DNA of 64,000 bases from an uncultured Gemmatimonadales bacterium (GCA_963739455.1 CAVUAK010000001.1:2336001-2400000); one strand, 5' to 3'. Counted from the first letter of the stretch, positions 30,211-41,641 are shown. Made by a program: numbers and translations. The notes: a model not told the origin generated them from the letters alone.

Positions 30211-31702
30211 ATGACATTTGTGACAGGCACCGGCCGCATGCGAGTCATGATGACAGGACTCGTGGCGGTGAGCGTGCTTTCGACGGGCACCTTGCGAGCG
30301 CAGGATGCGGCAGCACCGCAGGTGGCGGTGGCGGCTGCGACGCCAACAACACCGGTGACCCTCGCCGACCTGGTGGCGCCGATTGCGCTCTATCCCGACC
30401 AGCTGCTGGGCCAGGTGCTGATGATCTCGTCCACACCGCAGGAGGTGCTGGACCTGGGCAACTGGCTGATCGAGAACGACACGCTGACCGGCAGCAAGGC
30501 GCAGGATGCCGCGAAGGCAGCGGGCTTCTCCACCAGTGCGCAGTACCTGGCGCTGTTTCCCCAGGTGGTGGACAACATGGCCCAGCAGATCGACTGGACC
30601 ACGCAGCTGGGTGATGCCTTCACCGACAAGCCGAAGGACGTGATGGCGGCGATCCAGACGAAGCGGGAGGCGGCGGTGAAGGCGGGCAACCTCAAGACCA
30701 GCTCGCAGATGACGGTGGAGACAAAGAAGGCCGATAACGGCACCTCCTACATCTCGATCTCACCGACTGATCCGAAGGTGATCTACGTGCCGGTGTACAA
30801 CCCGGTCAACGTGTACGTCACCAACCCGACGCCGGCACCGGCCGCGGCACCGACGACCACGACGACGACCACCACGACAGCCAGCTCGGGGGTGAGCAGC
30901 GGTGCGGCCGTGGGCATTGGACTGCTGTCGTTCGGTGTGGGGATGGCGGTGGGAGCCTCGATCAACAACAACTACTACCCGTACCCGATGTGGGGCTATG
31001 GCGGGATGTACTACGGTGGGCGTCCCTACTATCCGCCGCCGTACCGCCCGCCGTACTACCCGGGATACCACCCGGCGTACGGGTACCATCCGCCGGCGAA
31101 CTATCACTGGAACCAGGTGAACCGGCAGACGAACATCACGGTGAACAACAACAACTATTACAACAAGGTCAACACCAACCCGCGGAAGCCGTCGGGGAAC
31201 AACAATCGTCCCGGGCAGATAGCTGGCGGCAACCGTCCGGGCGGCGGCGGGGGCGGTGAATACAAGGGTGCGCGTCCCAGCACCAACGATCGTCCGGGGG
31301 CCGGCAACAACCGGCCGGGCGGGAACGACCGTCCTGGCGCGGGGAATGACCGGCCCGGCGGGAATGATCGTCCGGGTGCGGGGAACAGCAGGCCGGGCGG
31401 GAACGATCGACCGGCCACGGCGAACGCGGGTGGCGCCGCTACCCGTCCGGGCGGTGGCGGTGGGCGGGTGATCGCGGCTACGGCGGTGGTGCGGGCGGGG
31501 CGCAAACCGTGCCGCGCCGGCGAAGGCAGCCGCACCGGCGAACCGCAGCGGTGGTGCGTTCGGTTCCTCGGGTGGCGGGAGCGGAAGCAGTGCGCGCGCT
31601 GCCAGCGATCGCGGGCGGGCAAGCGCCGGCCCGGCTCATGGTGGTGGTGGAGGGGGCGGTGGCAACCGCGGCGGTGGTGGTGGTGGCGGGAGGAAGCGGT
31701 GA
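30211..31702 (+). CDS. DUF3300 family protein, copy 2 (frameshift in Gly-rich tail)
   Basis: LVAPIALYPDQLLGQVL; GIGLLSFGVGMAVG; NDRPG repeats; TGATG overlap with next gene. Confidence 0.85.
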
Positions 31703-32577
31703 TGCGCACTCAATCCAGTAGTCTCGTGCTGCTCGGCGCACTCGGGCTGGTGCTCAGCGGCTGTGGCAAGATGGAGTCGTCGGGGGGACAGACGACGTTC
31801 AAGACGCCGGACGAGGCGGTGGCGGCGTTCGTGGCAGCAGCGCGCGCCAACGATACCAAGGCGCTCGATGCGATGCTCGGCGCTGATGGCGCCGATATCG
31901 TGACCTCGAGTGACACGATCGCCGACATGGCGGAGCGGGCGCGGTTCGTGGAGCGGTTCGACGAGAAGCACGACATCGTCGAGGACGGTGCCAATGAGGC
32001 GACGCTCACGGTGGGGGCCACGGACTGGCCGCTCCCGATCCCGCTGGTGAAGGTGGATGACAAGTGGCACTGGGACGGTGCAGCGGGGAAGGACGAAGTG
32101 TTCTACCGCCGCATCGGGCACTATGAACTGAAGGCGATCGCGGCCGTCAGGGGCGCGGTGTCGGCGGAGCAGGAGTACGCCGCGACGTCGCACGACGGGA
32201 AGCCGGCGGGGACCTTTGCCACGCGCATCATCAGCCAGCCGGGCACGCAGGACGGCCTGTACTGGGCGGCAAAGCAGGGCGAGCCGGAGAGTCCGCTGGG
32301 TCCTGGCATCGCAGCCGCCGGCGCAGAAGGGTACGACACGACGGGCGCGCGGACACCGTACCATGGCTACTTCTACCGGATCTTGCCGAACGGGTCGGGG
32401 TTCGGAATCGTGGCCTTTCCGGCGGACTATCGCGAGAGCGGCGTGATGACGTTCCAGTCGAGCGAGTCGGGAGTGGTGTTCCAGAAGGACCTGGGCGACA
32501 GCACGGCGGCGGTGGCGCAGGCAATGACGGCGTACGCGGTGGACTCGACGTGGACGGTGGTGAAGGACGACGAGTAG
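31702..32577 (+). CDS. DUF2950 family lipoprotein, copy 2
   Basis: Lipobox LSGC; FKTPDEAV..VGATDWPLPIPL..RRIGHYEL..QDGLYW..PYHGYFYR..VFQKDLG. Confidence 0.87.
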   Translation: MRTQSSSLVLLGALGLVLSGCGKMESSGGQTTFKTPDEAVAAFVAAARANDTKALDAMLGADGADIVTSSDTIADMAERARFVERFDEKHDIVEDGANEATLTVGATDWPLPIPLVKVDDKWHWDGAAGKDEVFYRRIGHYELKAIAAVRGAVSAEQEYAATSHDGKPAGTFATRIISQPGTQDGLYWAAKQGEPESPLGPGIAAAGAEGYDTTGARTPYHGYFYRILPNGSGFGIVAFPADYRESGVMTFQSSESGVVFQKDLGDSTAAVAQAMTAYAVDSTWTVVKDDE

Positions 32578-32598
32578 GGAGTCGGCAGTCGTCAGAGC

Positions 32599-32627
32599 AC
32601 AGGGGGGCCCCGAGCGGGCCCCTCTGT
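32599..32627. terminator. Terminator hairpin between convergent genes, preceded by a short CAGTCGK array (32579-32595)
   Basis: ACAGGGGGGCCC-cgagc-GGGCCCCTCTGT followed by CTTTGT. Confidence 0.65.
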
Positions 32628-32635
32628 CTTTGTAT

Positions 32636-35040
32636 TCACTCCAGCTTGACCTGAACGCCATGGATGCGGCCATTGAACCTGAATGGCCGCCGCTCGGCGT
32701 AGCTCGGCGATACCGGAGAGCCCAGGTCCACGCCAACGTCGAACGATTCACTAGGCGTGAAGGCTGCGGGGACGGTCCGCTTCACTGTCGTGCGCGCCAC
32801 CTCCGTGCCGTCAACGCTGAGTACGACCTCGGCGGGTGACAGCGGGGCCTTGCCGGCGAGCGTAGTGCGGACCTCGATGCGGTGGCGTCCCGCGGGAATA
32901 CGCATGGGGGAGCGGGCGGTATATCGCTCGATGATCATCATGTTGTACTCGTACACGAGCTGGCCGCGGTCCATGTACAGTGCCAGCCCGCCACTGGCAC
33001 CACCGAGCGCGTAGAGCACACCTGAGGCATTGGGGCCGAGATCAGCCTCGACCGTGACCAGGCTGTTCTGCCGGCCGAGCCCGGGCGCGGTGAACTCAGG
33101 CATGCGGGTTGTCGTCGTGTCGAATTGCCAGCTGGTGTACGGCGACTTGAGACGGTCCTCGGGGTGGATCCGGAGCCAGATGCCGGCGCCGATGGGGAAG
33201 ACCTTGTTGGCTTCGGCTTCCTCGAGGAAGAGCGCCTTCATCGCGGCGAGCTTTTCCGGGTTGGCGGCCGCCACGTCGTGAGACAGCGAGAAGTCTGTCG
33301 ACAGGTCGAAGAGCTCCCACACGTCGTTGCGCGAATCCCAGGTGGCGAGCCCCGGACTGACGTTGAGCCACGGCGAGAGCGGCCCGAAGGTGCTGGCGAA
33401 CCAGCCGTCATTGTAGACCCCACGACTCCCGTTGTTCTCGAAGTACTGCGTCTTCTTCCGCCCCGGTGCATTGGCGTCGGCGAAGGTGTAGGCGAACGAG
33501 GTCCCGTCGAGTGGATCCTGCGTGAACGCCATCCACCACTCGCGGCGGCGTGATGCCGATAATGTCGTACAGCGTCGGGACGATATCGTTGACGTGGTGG
33601 AACTGGGTCCGCGGCGTGGCGTCGGGCTTGATCCGCGCGGGCCAGGAGATGACCATCGGGTTCCGCGTGCCGCCGAAGTCGGATGCGACGAGCTTGGTGT
33701 AGCGGAACGGCGTGTCACCGGCCCAGGCCCAGCCGGCGTTGTACATGTTGTCGGTCTTCGGGCCGCCGAGCGCATCGAGGCCGCCCAGCTTCTTGAGCGC
33801 ATCGAGTTGCTGCTGCACGGTGTTCGGAATCTGGTTCTGGGCCAGCAGCTCGCTGATGGTGCCGTTCTGTCCCTCGGCGCTGGAGCCGTTGTCGCCCCAG
33901 ATGTAGATGATGATGGTGTTGTCGCGGATGCCGAGGCTGTCGAGCTCGGCGACCACGCGGCCGGCCTGGGTGTCGGCGTGCTCGACGAAGCCGGCGAACA
34001 CCTCCATGAGGCGGCGCTGGAAAGGGCGCTCCGACTCCGGGATGCTGTCCCATCCGAGCATGGTGGCGGGACGAGGGGTGAGCTGGGTCGAGTCGGGAAT
34101 CCACCCGATCTGCTTCTGCCGGGCGAAGATCTGCTCGCGCAGTACGTCCCAGCCGCCATCGAACTTGCCGCGGTACTTGTCGGCCCACTGCTTGAAGATG
34201 TGGTGCGGACCATGCCCGGCGCCGGGCGCCCAGTAGAGCAGGAAGGGTTGGTCGGGCGCAAACGCGCGATGGCGCTTCATCCAGGTGATGGCATGATCGG
34301 CGAGATCGGCGCTGAGGTGGTAGCGCGGATCGTTCGGGGGCTCGACCGGATTCAGGTTCTCGAAGAGCCGCGGTTCCCACTGCGACGTTTCGCCGGCGAG
34401 GAAGCCGTAGAAGTAGTCGAACCCGACGCCAACGCCGGTGGGCCAGAGATCGAAGGGCCCCATCGCCGTGGTCTGGTCGGCGGGGGTGTTGTGCCACTTC
34501 CCGATGGCGGCAGTCTTGTAGCCGTAGTCGCCCAGCACCTTGGCCACGGTGGCCGACGTGCGGGGCATGACCCCGACGTAGCCATCCCAGTCGACCGCTC
34601 GTTCGGCGATGGTACCGGAGCCCACCCGCTGGTGATTGCGGCCGGTGAGCAGGGCGGCCCGCGTCGGGGAGCAGATGGAGGTCGTGTGGAAGTGGTTGTA
34701 GCTGATGCCGCGCTCCGCGAGCGCGCTCAGTGTGGGGGTGTGCACCGGGCCCCCGAACGTTTCCGGAAGGCCGAAACCGACGTCATCCATCAGGATGATG
34801 AGGATGTTGGGCGCTTCCGGGGGCAGATGGTTGGGCCGAGCCCGGCGGACCATCTTCGATTCCTGCAGGCTCTGGCCGGCCACGCTCGCCGAGGGCACTG
34901 GGGGGAACGGAAGCACGGAGCCATCGGTGGGTGTGCCCGCGGTGGTCCGCCGGCGCCTTTCCGCAGGCTGCGCAGAATGCCACCAGACAGACCGTCGCCA
35001 GGCGGGCAAGAGCGGACGGGGTCCGGTGGGGTGATGCCAT
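32636..35040 (-). CDS. Arylsulfatase (Cys-type formylglycine enzyme, probable lipoprotein; frameshifted)
   Basis: PNILIILMDDVG, CSPTRAALLTGR, GKWH, GDNG, HHVNDIVPT; N-terminal CAAC lipobox-like sequence. Confidence 0.92.
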
Positions 35041-35096
35041 TGATGCCTCCCTGAATTGCGCGGCGCCAGGAAGGCGCGCAGTGACAGTCGAAGATT

Positions 35097-35128
35097 GGAA
35101 GAGGGAAGAGGGAAGAGGGAAGAGGGGG
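35097..35128 (+). repeat. 7-bp GGAAGAG array between divergent sulfatase and pyrR
   Basis: ggaagagggaagagggaagagggaagagggg. Confidence 0.85.
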
Positions 35129-35171
35129 TACGTTGCCTACGCACCGGATGCCCCTGTAGCTTCCCGCCCCG

Positions 35172-35710
35172 ATGCCTACCCGCACTGCAGTCATGGACGA
35201 ACGGGCCATCGCGCGCTGTCTCGCGCGGATGGCGTCCGAAATCGTCGAACGGGCCCGGGGCACGGAACAGCTCGTCATCGTCGGCATCCAGCGCCGAGGG
35301 GTCGAACTGGCCGCCCGCCTCAAGCGGCTCATCGACGACGCAGAATCCTCCCATATCGCCTTCGGCAAGCTCGACATCACGCTCTACCGCGACGATCTCC
35401 AGGCGGTGGGACCCCGGCCCATGGTCGGGGAAACCACGCTGCCCCGAGCTCGACGACAAGACGGTGGTGATCGTGGACGACGTGCTCTACACCGGGCGGA
35501 CGGTGCGCGCGGCGCTGGACGAGTGCGCCGACTTCGGGCGGCCGCGGCGGATCCTGCTCTGCGTGCTGATCGACCGCGGCGGCCGGGAGCTGCCGATCCA
35601 GGCCGACATCATCGGGGTCAGCATCAGCACCGGCGGCTGCCGACCGGGTGGACGTGCTGGTCAAGGAACTCGACGGCGAGGATGCCGTCGCCGTGGTGCG
35701 GGGAAGCTGA
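35172..35710 (+). CDS. pyrR: Bifunctional pyr regulator / uracil phosphoribosyltransferase (frameshifted)
   Basis: [48 protein letters not shown]. Confidence 0.93.
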
Positions 35711-36650
35711 TGCCGACACCACTGGGCAAGGACCTGACGGCGCTCGAGTACCTCTCGGCCGACCAGATCCGCCTGATCCTCGACACCGCCGAGCCGTTCA
35801 AGGAAGTGAGCGAGCGGCAGATCAAGAAGGTGCCGGCGCTCCGGGGCAAGACGATCGTCAACCTGTTCTTCGAGGCGTCGACCCGCACGCGCATCTCGTT
35901 CGAGTTCGCGGAGAAGCGGCTGTCGGCCGATACGGTGAACGTGGCGAGCTCGGGCTCCTCGGTGAGCAAGGGCGAGACGCTGGTGGACACTGCGCGGAAC
36001 CTCGAGGCGATGCACATCGACATGGTGGTGATCCGTCACCATGCCTCGGGCTCGGCGGAATTCCTGGGGAAGCGGATTCGCTCGAGCGTGATCAACGCCG
36101 GCGACGGAAAGCACGAGCACCCGACGCAGGGCCTGCTCGACATCCTGACGCTGCGCGACAAGTTCGGGAAGATCGAGGGACTCAAGGTGGCCATCTGCGG
36201 CGACCTGCTGCACAGCCGGGTGGGCCGGAGCAACATCCACGGGCTGCTCAAGCTCGGCGCCGAGGTGGCGGTGTGCGGACCGGCGTCGCTGATGCCGCGC
36301 GACGTGGAGGATGATGGGCGTGACGTTCATCCCGCGGATCGAGGACGCGATCCAGTGGGCTGACGCGCTCAACATCCTGCGGCTGCAGCTGGAGCGGATG
36401 ACGGCGGGCTACATCCCGTCGCTGCGGGAATACAACCGGGTGTTCGGGCTGTCGACGGCGCGGCTGGACCGGGCGCCCAAGGACCTGGTGATCATGCACC
36501 CGGGCCCGATGAACCGCGGGGTCGAAATCGACAGTGAAGTGGCCGACGGTCCGCACAGCGTGATCCTGCCGCAGGTGACGAATGGAGTGGCGGTGCGCAT
36601 GGCGGTCCTCTATCTGCTTGCTGGTGGCGCGCCGAATTGGGCTGATGACG
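35710..36650 (+). CDS. pyrB: Aspartate carbamoyltransferase catalytic subunit (frameshift ~36312; 3' end approximate)
   Basis: [45 protein letters not shown]. Confidence 0.95.
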
Positions 36651-36700
36651 AGGCGGGGAGGCGGGGAGGGCGGGAAGGCGGGGGAAAGAGGAGCGAGGCT

Positions 36701-37993
36701 ATGAGCAGACCAATTCTCCTGCGGGGCGGACGGGTGATCGACCCTTCGCGGGGATCCGATGGCGTGGCCGACGTCCTTCTTCAGGGCGGGCGGATCGAGG
36801 CGGTGGGCCTCAACATCGGGAATCCCGATGAGGCGCTCGAGATCGACTGCGCCGGCAAGGTGGTGGCGCCGGGGCTGATCGACGTGCATGTGCACCTGCG
36901 CGAGCCGGGCCAGGAAGACCTGGAGACGGTGGCGACGGGTGCGATGGCGGCGGTGGCCGGCGGCTTCACCGGCATCTGCGCGATGCCGAACACCGATCCG
37001 GTGTGCGACAACCAGGGCGTGGTCGGGTTCGTGATCGCGCAGGCGCAGCGGGCGGCGAAGGCGCGGGTGTACCCGATCGGTGCCGTCTCGGTGGGGCAGA
37101 AGGGGCTGCAGCTCGCCGAGTTCGGTGAACTGGTCGGAGCAGGCGCGGTGGCGGTGAGCGACGACGGCAAGCCGGTGGCGTCGAGTCACCTGATGCGGAT
37201 GGCGCTGGAGTACGCGCAGACGTTCGGGATCCCGGTGGCGGACCACTGCGAGGACCCGACGCTGGCGGCAGGCGGCTCGATGCACGAGGGGATCATCTCG
37301 ACGCGGCTCGGGACTCAAGGGCATCCCGGCGGCGGCAGAAGAGATCATGGTGGCGCGGGACATTCTCCTCGCGGAGCTGACCGGGGGCCATGTGCACCTC
37401 TGTCACATGTCGACGCGCGGGATCGGTGGAGCTGATCCGCCGGGCGAAGGACATGGGTCTCAAGGTGACCGCCGAGGCGTGTCCCCATCATTTCGCGCTG
37501 ACGCACGAGAGCTGCCTGGGCTACAACACGAACGCGAAGATGAACCCGCCGCTCCGGGAAGACCTGGATCGCGAGGCGATCCGGCAGGGCCTCAAGGACG
37601 GCACGATCGACGTGATCGCGACGGACCATGCGCCGCATCACTACGATGCGAAGGAGCGTGAGTTCGACGATGCGCCGAACGGCATCATCGGGCTGGAGAC
37701 GGCGTTCGGCCTGGCGATGGCGGAGCTGGTGAACACGGGGCTCCTGTCGCTGCCCGACCTGCTGCTCCGGATGAGTACGACGCCGGCCCGCACGTTCAAC
37801 CTGCCGGGCGGCACGCTGGCGACGGGGGCACCGGCCGACGTGGTGGTGCTGGACCCGGATGTGCAGTGGGTGGTGAAGCCGGAGGCGTTCTATTCCAAGA
37901 GCCGGAACACGCCCGTTCGCGGGCCGGACCCTGACGGGCCGGGCGGACCTGACTATCGTCCGGGGCATGGTGGCGTACCAGCGGACGCCCTGA
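36701..37993 (+). CDS. pyrC: Dihydroorotase (frameshifted)
   Basis: [42 protein letters not shown]. Confidence 0.94.
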
Positions 37994-38076
37994 GACGGCG
38001 TTACATTCGAGGCGAGATGCACCGGATTGCGCGGTGGCATTAGCCTTTCTGCAACAACTCTGTGAGAGGGTACGCG

Positions 38077-38971
38077 ATGGCTGATACCGATTCCCCCCTG
38101 GCGCAGGTGGATCACCTGCTGCAGCAGCGGGAACAGTACGAGCAGTGGCTTGCCCGCCTCGATGGCAGCGGTTCCAAGGCGCCAGATGCAGTGCGACAGA
38201 AGGTCCGCACGGACTACCAGGCCCGTCTCGACACGGTGATGGTGGAGCTGCGGTCGCATGTGGCATCGGTCGGAGACGGCGCTCTCCGGTCACAATGAAT
38301 CGCTCGCCTCCCTCGAAGCACGCCAGACGGACATCCAGGAACGCCTCGCCGAGGCGGAGATTCGTCACACGGTCGGGGAATACACCGACGACGAGTGGGG
38401 TGCGGTGGGCGCCGAGGCGGAAGCGGCGCTGGACGAGATCGGTCGCCGGATCGGGGCGGAGCAGGGGGAGATCACGCGGTTGTCGGCGGTGCTGCACCTC
38501 GTCGCCAAGCCGGCGCCGGCACCCGCGCCGTGGCTGCGCCAGCCCCGACGCTCCGGGTGCCGACGCCGATGCCGGCGCCGGTGATCGAGCCGGAGCCGCC
38601 AGCGGCTCCCGCGTCGGGGCACCGAGGTTCGTGCCGAAGACGCCGGGCGCGATGCCGCGCGCGTCGCGCACCGCCGCACCAAGCCGGTGGCCCCGGTGGA
38701 CGAACTCGCGTTCCTCAAGTCGGTGACGGGGGAGCAGGCACCGCGGAAGGCGGCGCCCCGGAAGTCGGACAGCGGGCAGATGCGCGCGATCGACGTGGCG
38801 CAGGAGCCGCCGGCGGTTGCGGTGGACAGCGACGCTTCGGAGGCGGCACCAGCGGCGCGGCCGGGTTCGACGGCCAACGTGAAGACGCTCAAGTGCGGGG
38901 AGTGCGGGACGCTGAACCGGCCGACGGAGTGGTATTGTGAGCGGTGCGGCGCTGAGCTTGCCGCGCTATAG
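38077..38971 (+). CDS. Coiled-coil protein with C-terminal zinc ribbon (frameshifted)
   Basis: Helical N-half, Pro/Ala linker, DELAFLKSV, C-terminal CGECGTLNRPTEWYCERCG. Confidence 0.7.
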
Positions 38972-38979
38972 GAAGAGCT

Positions 38980-39102
38980 GTCAGTCGGACAGTCGACTGT
39001 CGACAGTGAGTCGTGAGCCAGCAATCACTGAGAAGCGGCCTCCGTCATCACGGGGCCCTCTGTTTTCTGTCGACTCTCTGCCGACTGCCGACTGCCGACT
39101 GC
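38980..39102. repeat. Inverted CAGTCGK arrays around a terminator-like hairpin (39038-39058) between convergent genes
   Basis: gtcagtcggacagtcgac..cagtgagtcgtgag..GGCCtCCGT-catc-ACGGGGCC..ctgccgactgccgactgccgactgc. Confidence 0.8.
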
Positions 39103-39107
39103 AGGCT

Positions 39108-39369
39108 CTACTTCTTCCCCCAACTTCGCGACGGCCTTGGCCAGGCGGCTCTTCTGCCGGGCGGCGGTGTTGCGATGGATGAGGTTCTTGCGACCGGCGC
39201 GGTCGAGGACCTTCTGGGCGGCTTCGAACGCCTTGGCGGCCTCATCGGCGGTGCCGGCAGCGCGGACCTTCTTGACCGCGTTACGGAGCTGGCTGCGCTG
39301 GGCGCGGTTGCGCTCAGTGCGCGTCTTCGTTTGCCGCATGGCCTTCTTGGCCGACTTGGTTCGTGGCAC
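39108..39369 (-). CDS. rpsT: 30S ribosomal protein S20
   Basis: (M)PRTKSAKKAMRQ..RNRAQRSQLRNAVKK..LDRAGRKNLIHRNTAARQKSRL. Confidence 0.96.
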
Positions 39370-39548
39370 TATCAACCCCGGGTTCAAAAGCGTTCAAGTG
39401 CTGATCAGAGGCGGGGATATATAGCCCCAGCCCCCATCCGGGTCAAGCGGAGGCGGTCGTTTCGGCTGGGCACCGGGGCCATTAGCTTACGCCCTTCGAA
39501 ACACGGCGTTTAGACCGCCCCGGACCTCCCACGAGCGGAACCACGACC

Positions 39549-40229
39549 CTGGACGCTTCAGCGCTCGCGACATTCGTCATCGCCTTTCCCGCCCTGATCT
39601 TTTCGCTGGTGGCGCACGAGTACGCCCATGCGGTGGCGGCGTACCGCCAGGGGGACGACACGGCGTACCTGCTGGGGCGGATCACGCTCAATCCGCTGCC
39701 GCACATCGACCCGATCATGAGCATCGCGTTCCCGGCGATCACGTTCCTGCTCTCGGGCGGGCAGTTCGTGTTCGGCGGGGCCAAGCCGGTGCCGGTCAAC
39801 CCGCGGAAGTACCGCAACTACAAGAAGGGCGACATCATCGTCTCGTCGGCGGGCGTGGCGACGAACTTCGTGCTCTCCTTCGTGTTTGCGCTGCTGTTCG
39901 TGCTGCTCGGCCTGCTGGCGCGGACCGCGCCCGACATGGTGAGCGTGTTCGACGCGGCGCAGCGGATGATGATGTGGGGCGTGTGGCTCAACCTGCTGCT
40001 CTGCTTCTTCAACCTGATCCCGATCCCGCCGCTGGACGGGTCGCACATCTTCTACTACCTGCTGCCGCCGGCGTGGGGCGCGAAGTACCGGGAACTGCAC
40101 CGGTTCGGGTTCATCCTGGTGCTGGTGCTGGTGTCGTTCCTGCGGCCGGTGCTCTCGCTGGTTCCTGACGCCGGCGTTCCTGCTGCTGAGCGCCATCATG
40201 CGCGCCATCGCCCCGTTCGCGGTGGGTGA
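39549..40229 (+). CDS. Site-2 protease (peptidase M50)
   Basis: HEYAH, GDDTA..GRITLNPLPHIDP, FNLIPIPPLDG; start approximate (possible CTG). Confidence 0.9.
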   Translation: MDASALATFVIAFPALIFSLVAHEYAHAVAAYRQGDDTAYLLGRITLNPLPHIDPIMSIAFPAITFLLSGGQFVFGGAKPVPVNPRKYRNYKKGDIIVSSAGVATNFVLSFVFALLFVLLGLLARTAPDMVSVFDAAQRMMMWGVWLNLLLCFFNLIPIPPLDGSHIFYYLLPPAWGAKYRELHRFGFILVLVLVSFLRPVLSLVPDAGVPAAERHHARHRPVRGG

Positions 40230-40247
40230 CGGGCTGCGGATCTTCGG

Positions 40248-40994
40248 ATGACGACGACCGACGCGCCCACCATCGCCCTCGGCGCCACGCCGGGGTTCGT
40301 GGTGCAGCTGGACCGCTTCAACGGTCCGCTCGACCTGCTGCTGCACCTGCTGCGCGAGCAGCAGATCGAGATCGCCGACATTCCGATTGCGCAGATCGCC
40401 GACCAGTTCCTGAGCGTGGTCCACGAGCTGGGCCTCAACCAGGCGGCCGACTACCTGGACATGGCGAGCCGGCTGGTGCGGCTCAAGGCGCAGATGCTGC
40501 TGCCGCGCCGCTCGGAAGAAGAGGGGTGGGAGGACCCGCGCGCGGAGCTGGTGCGGCGACTGCTCGAGTACCAGCAGATCAAGGAGATCGCGCTCTGGCT
40601 GCAGCGGCAGGCGGATCGTCGCGCGCTGCAGTTCGCGCGCGCCTTCCTGCCGATGCCGCCGGAGCTGCCGCCACCGCCGCTGGAGCTGGGCCTGGTGGAC
40701 CTGCTCGCCGCGGTGGACCGGGTGATCAACGGCATCCCGTCACCGGTGATGCACCGGGTGGTGGTGCGCCCGCTCAATGTGGAGGGCGCGACGCGCCGCA
40801 TCGAGGCACTGCTCCTCGAGTCGCCAGAGATTTCCTGGCGGGAGGCGCTCGGCGCCAGTCCCACGATCGTGGACGTGCTCTCCACGCTGCTCGCCCTGCT
40901 CGAACTCGCGCGACGCGGCCTGCTGCGCGTTGCCCAGGATGCTCCCTTTGCTGCCATGGTGATCCGCCGTGAATCCCCTCTCCCAGCTGATTGA
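40248..40994 (+). CDS. scpA: Segregation and condensation protein A
   Basis: FNGPLDLLLHLL..DIPIAQIADQF..LKAQMLLP..DPRAELVRRLLEY..LALLEL. Confidence 0.95.
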   Translation: MTTTDAPTIALGATPGFVVQLDRFNGPLDLLLHLLREQQIEIADIPIAQIADQFLSVVHELGLNQAADYLDMASRLVRLKAQMLLPRRSEEEGWEDPRAELVRRLLEYQQIKEIALWLQRQADRRALQFARAFLPMPPELPPPPLELGLVDLLAAVDRVINGIPSPVMHRVVVRPLNVEGATRRIEALLLESPEISWREALGASPTIVDVLSTLLALLELARRGLLRVAQDAPFAAMVIRRESPLPAD

Positions 40995-41553
40995 AGCGGC
41001 GCTGTTCAGCGCGCCGCGGCCCCTCACGGTCGAGGAGCTGGCCACGCTCGACGCCGACGCGACGCTCGCCGACGTGCGGACCGCGATCGACGAGCTCAAG
41101 GAGCTGCTCGATTTCGGCGGGCACGGGGTAGAACTGACCGAGATGGCGGGTGGCTGGCAGATCCTGACCCGGCCGGCACTCGCCGAGGCGATCGAGCGGG
41201 CACAGTTCGCGGTGCGGACGCCGCGGCTCACGGGTGCGGCGCTGGAGACACTGGCGATCATCTCGTACCGGCAGCCGGTGGGCCGGGCGGAGATCGAGGA
41301 GATCCGCGGCGTGTCGGCGGGCGGAGTGCTTCGTTCACTGCAGGAGCGGGGACTGATCGAGGTGGTGGGGCGGAGTGAGGCGCTGGGGCGTCCACTGCTG
41401 TACGGCACGACGCCGTCATTCCTCGAGCTGCTGGGCCTCAAGGACCTGGCGGACCTGCCGAGGGCGGATGAGTTGATGATCGCGCTGCATCCGCATGGCG
41501 CGTCGACGACGGGGCCGGATGATGCGGCGGCGTATGTGGAGGCGGAGAGTTAG
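40969..41553 (+). CDS. scpB: Segregation and condensation protein B
   Basis: IEAALF, AGGWQ, LTGAALETLAIISYRQPV.RAEIEEIRGV, GRPLLYGTT..FL. Confidence 0.96.
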   Translation: MNPLSQLIEAALFSAPRPLTVEELATLDADATLADVRTAIDELKELLDFGGHGVELTEMAGGWQILTRPALAEAIERAQFAVRTPRLTGAALETLAIISYRQPVGRAEIEEIRGVSAGGVLRSLQERGLIEVVGRSEALGRPLLYGTTPSFLELLGLKDLADLPRADELMIALHPHGASTTGPDDAAAYVEAES

Positions 41554-41628
41554 GAGTTCAGGGTTCAGGGTTGTGAGTTGAGGGTTCGGCGTTCAGGCCC
41601 CTCAACGCTTAACTCAGAACCCTCAACC
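41554..41628. repeat. Inverted 7-bp GAGTTCA/GGGTTCA-family arrays
   Basis: gagttcagggttcagggttgtgagttgagggtt..ctcaacgcttaactcagaaccctcaaccc. Confidence 0.7.
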
Positions 41629-41641
41629 CAGAGGAGGTTCA

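Noticed and set aside
30211..32577. 788-aa DUF3300-DUF2950 fusion
   Set aside because: TGATG overlap at 31700-31704 and a new lipoprotein signal mirror the unfused first cassette.
35041..35171. PyrR-binding attenuator
   Set aside because: No PyrR binding-loop consensus or U-tailed terminator; the region is occupied by a GGAAGAG array.
36311..37435. PyrB-PyrC fusion
   Set aside because: Most likely indel read-through across a G-rich linker; pyrC has its own RBS and ATG at 36701. Not verifiable without reads.
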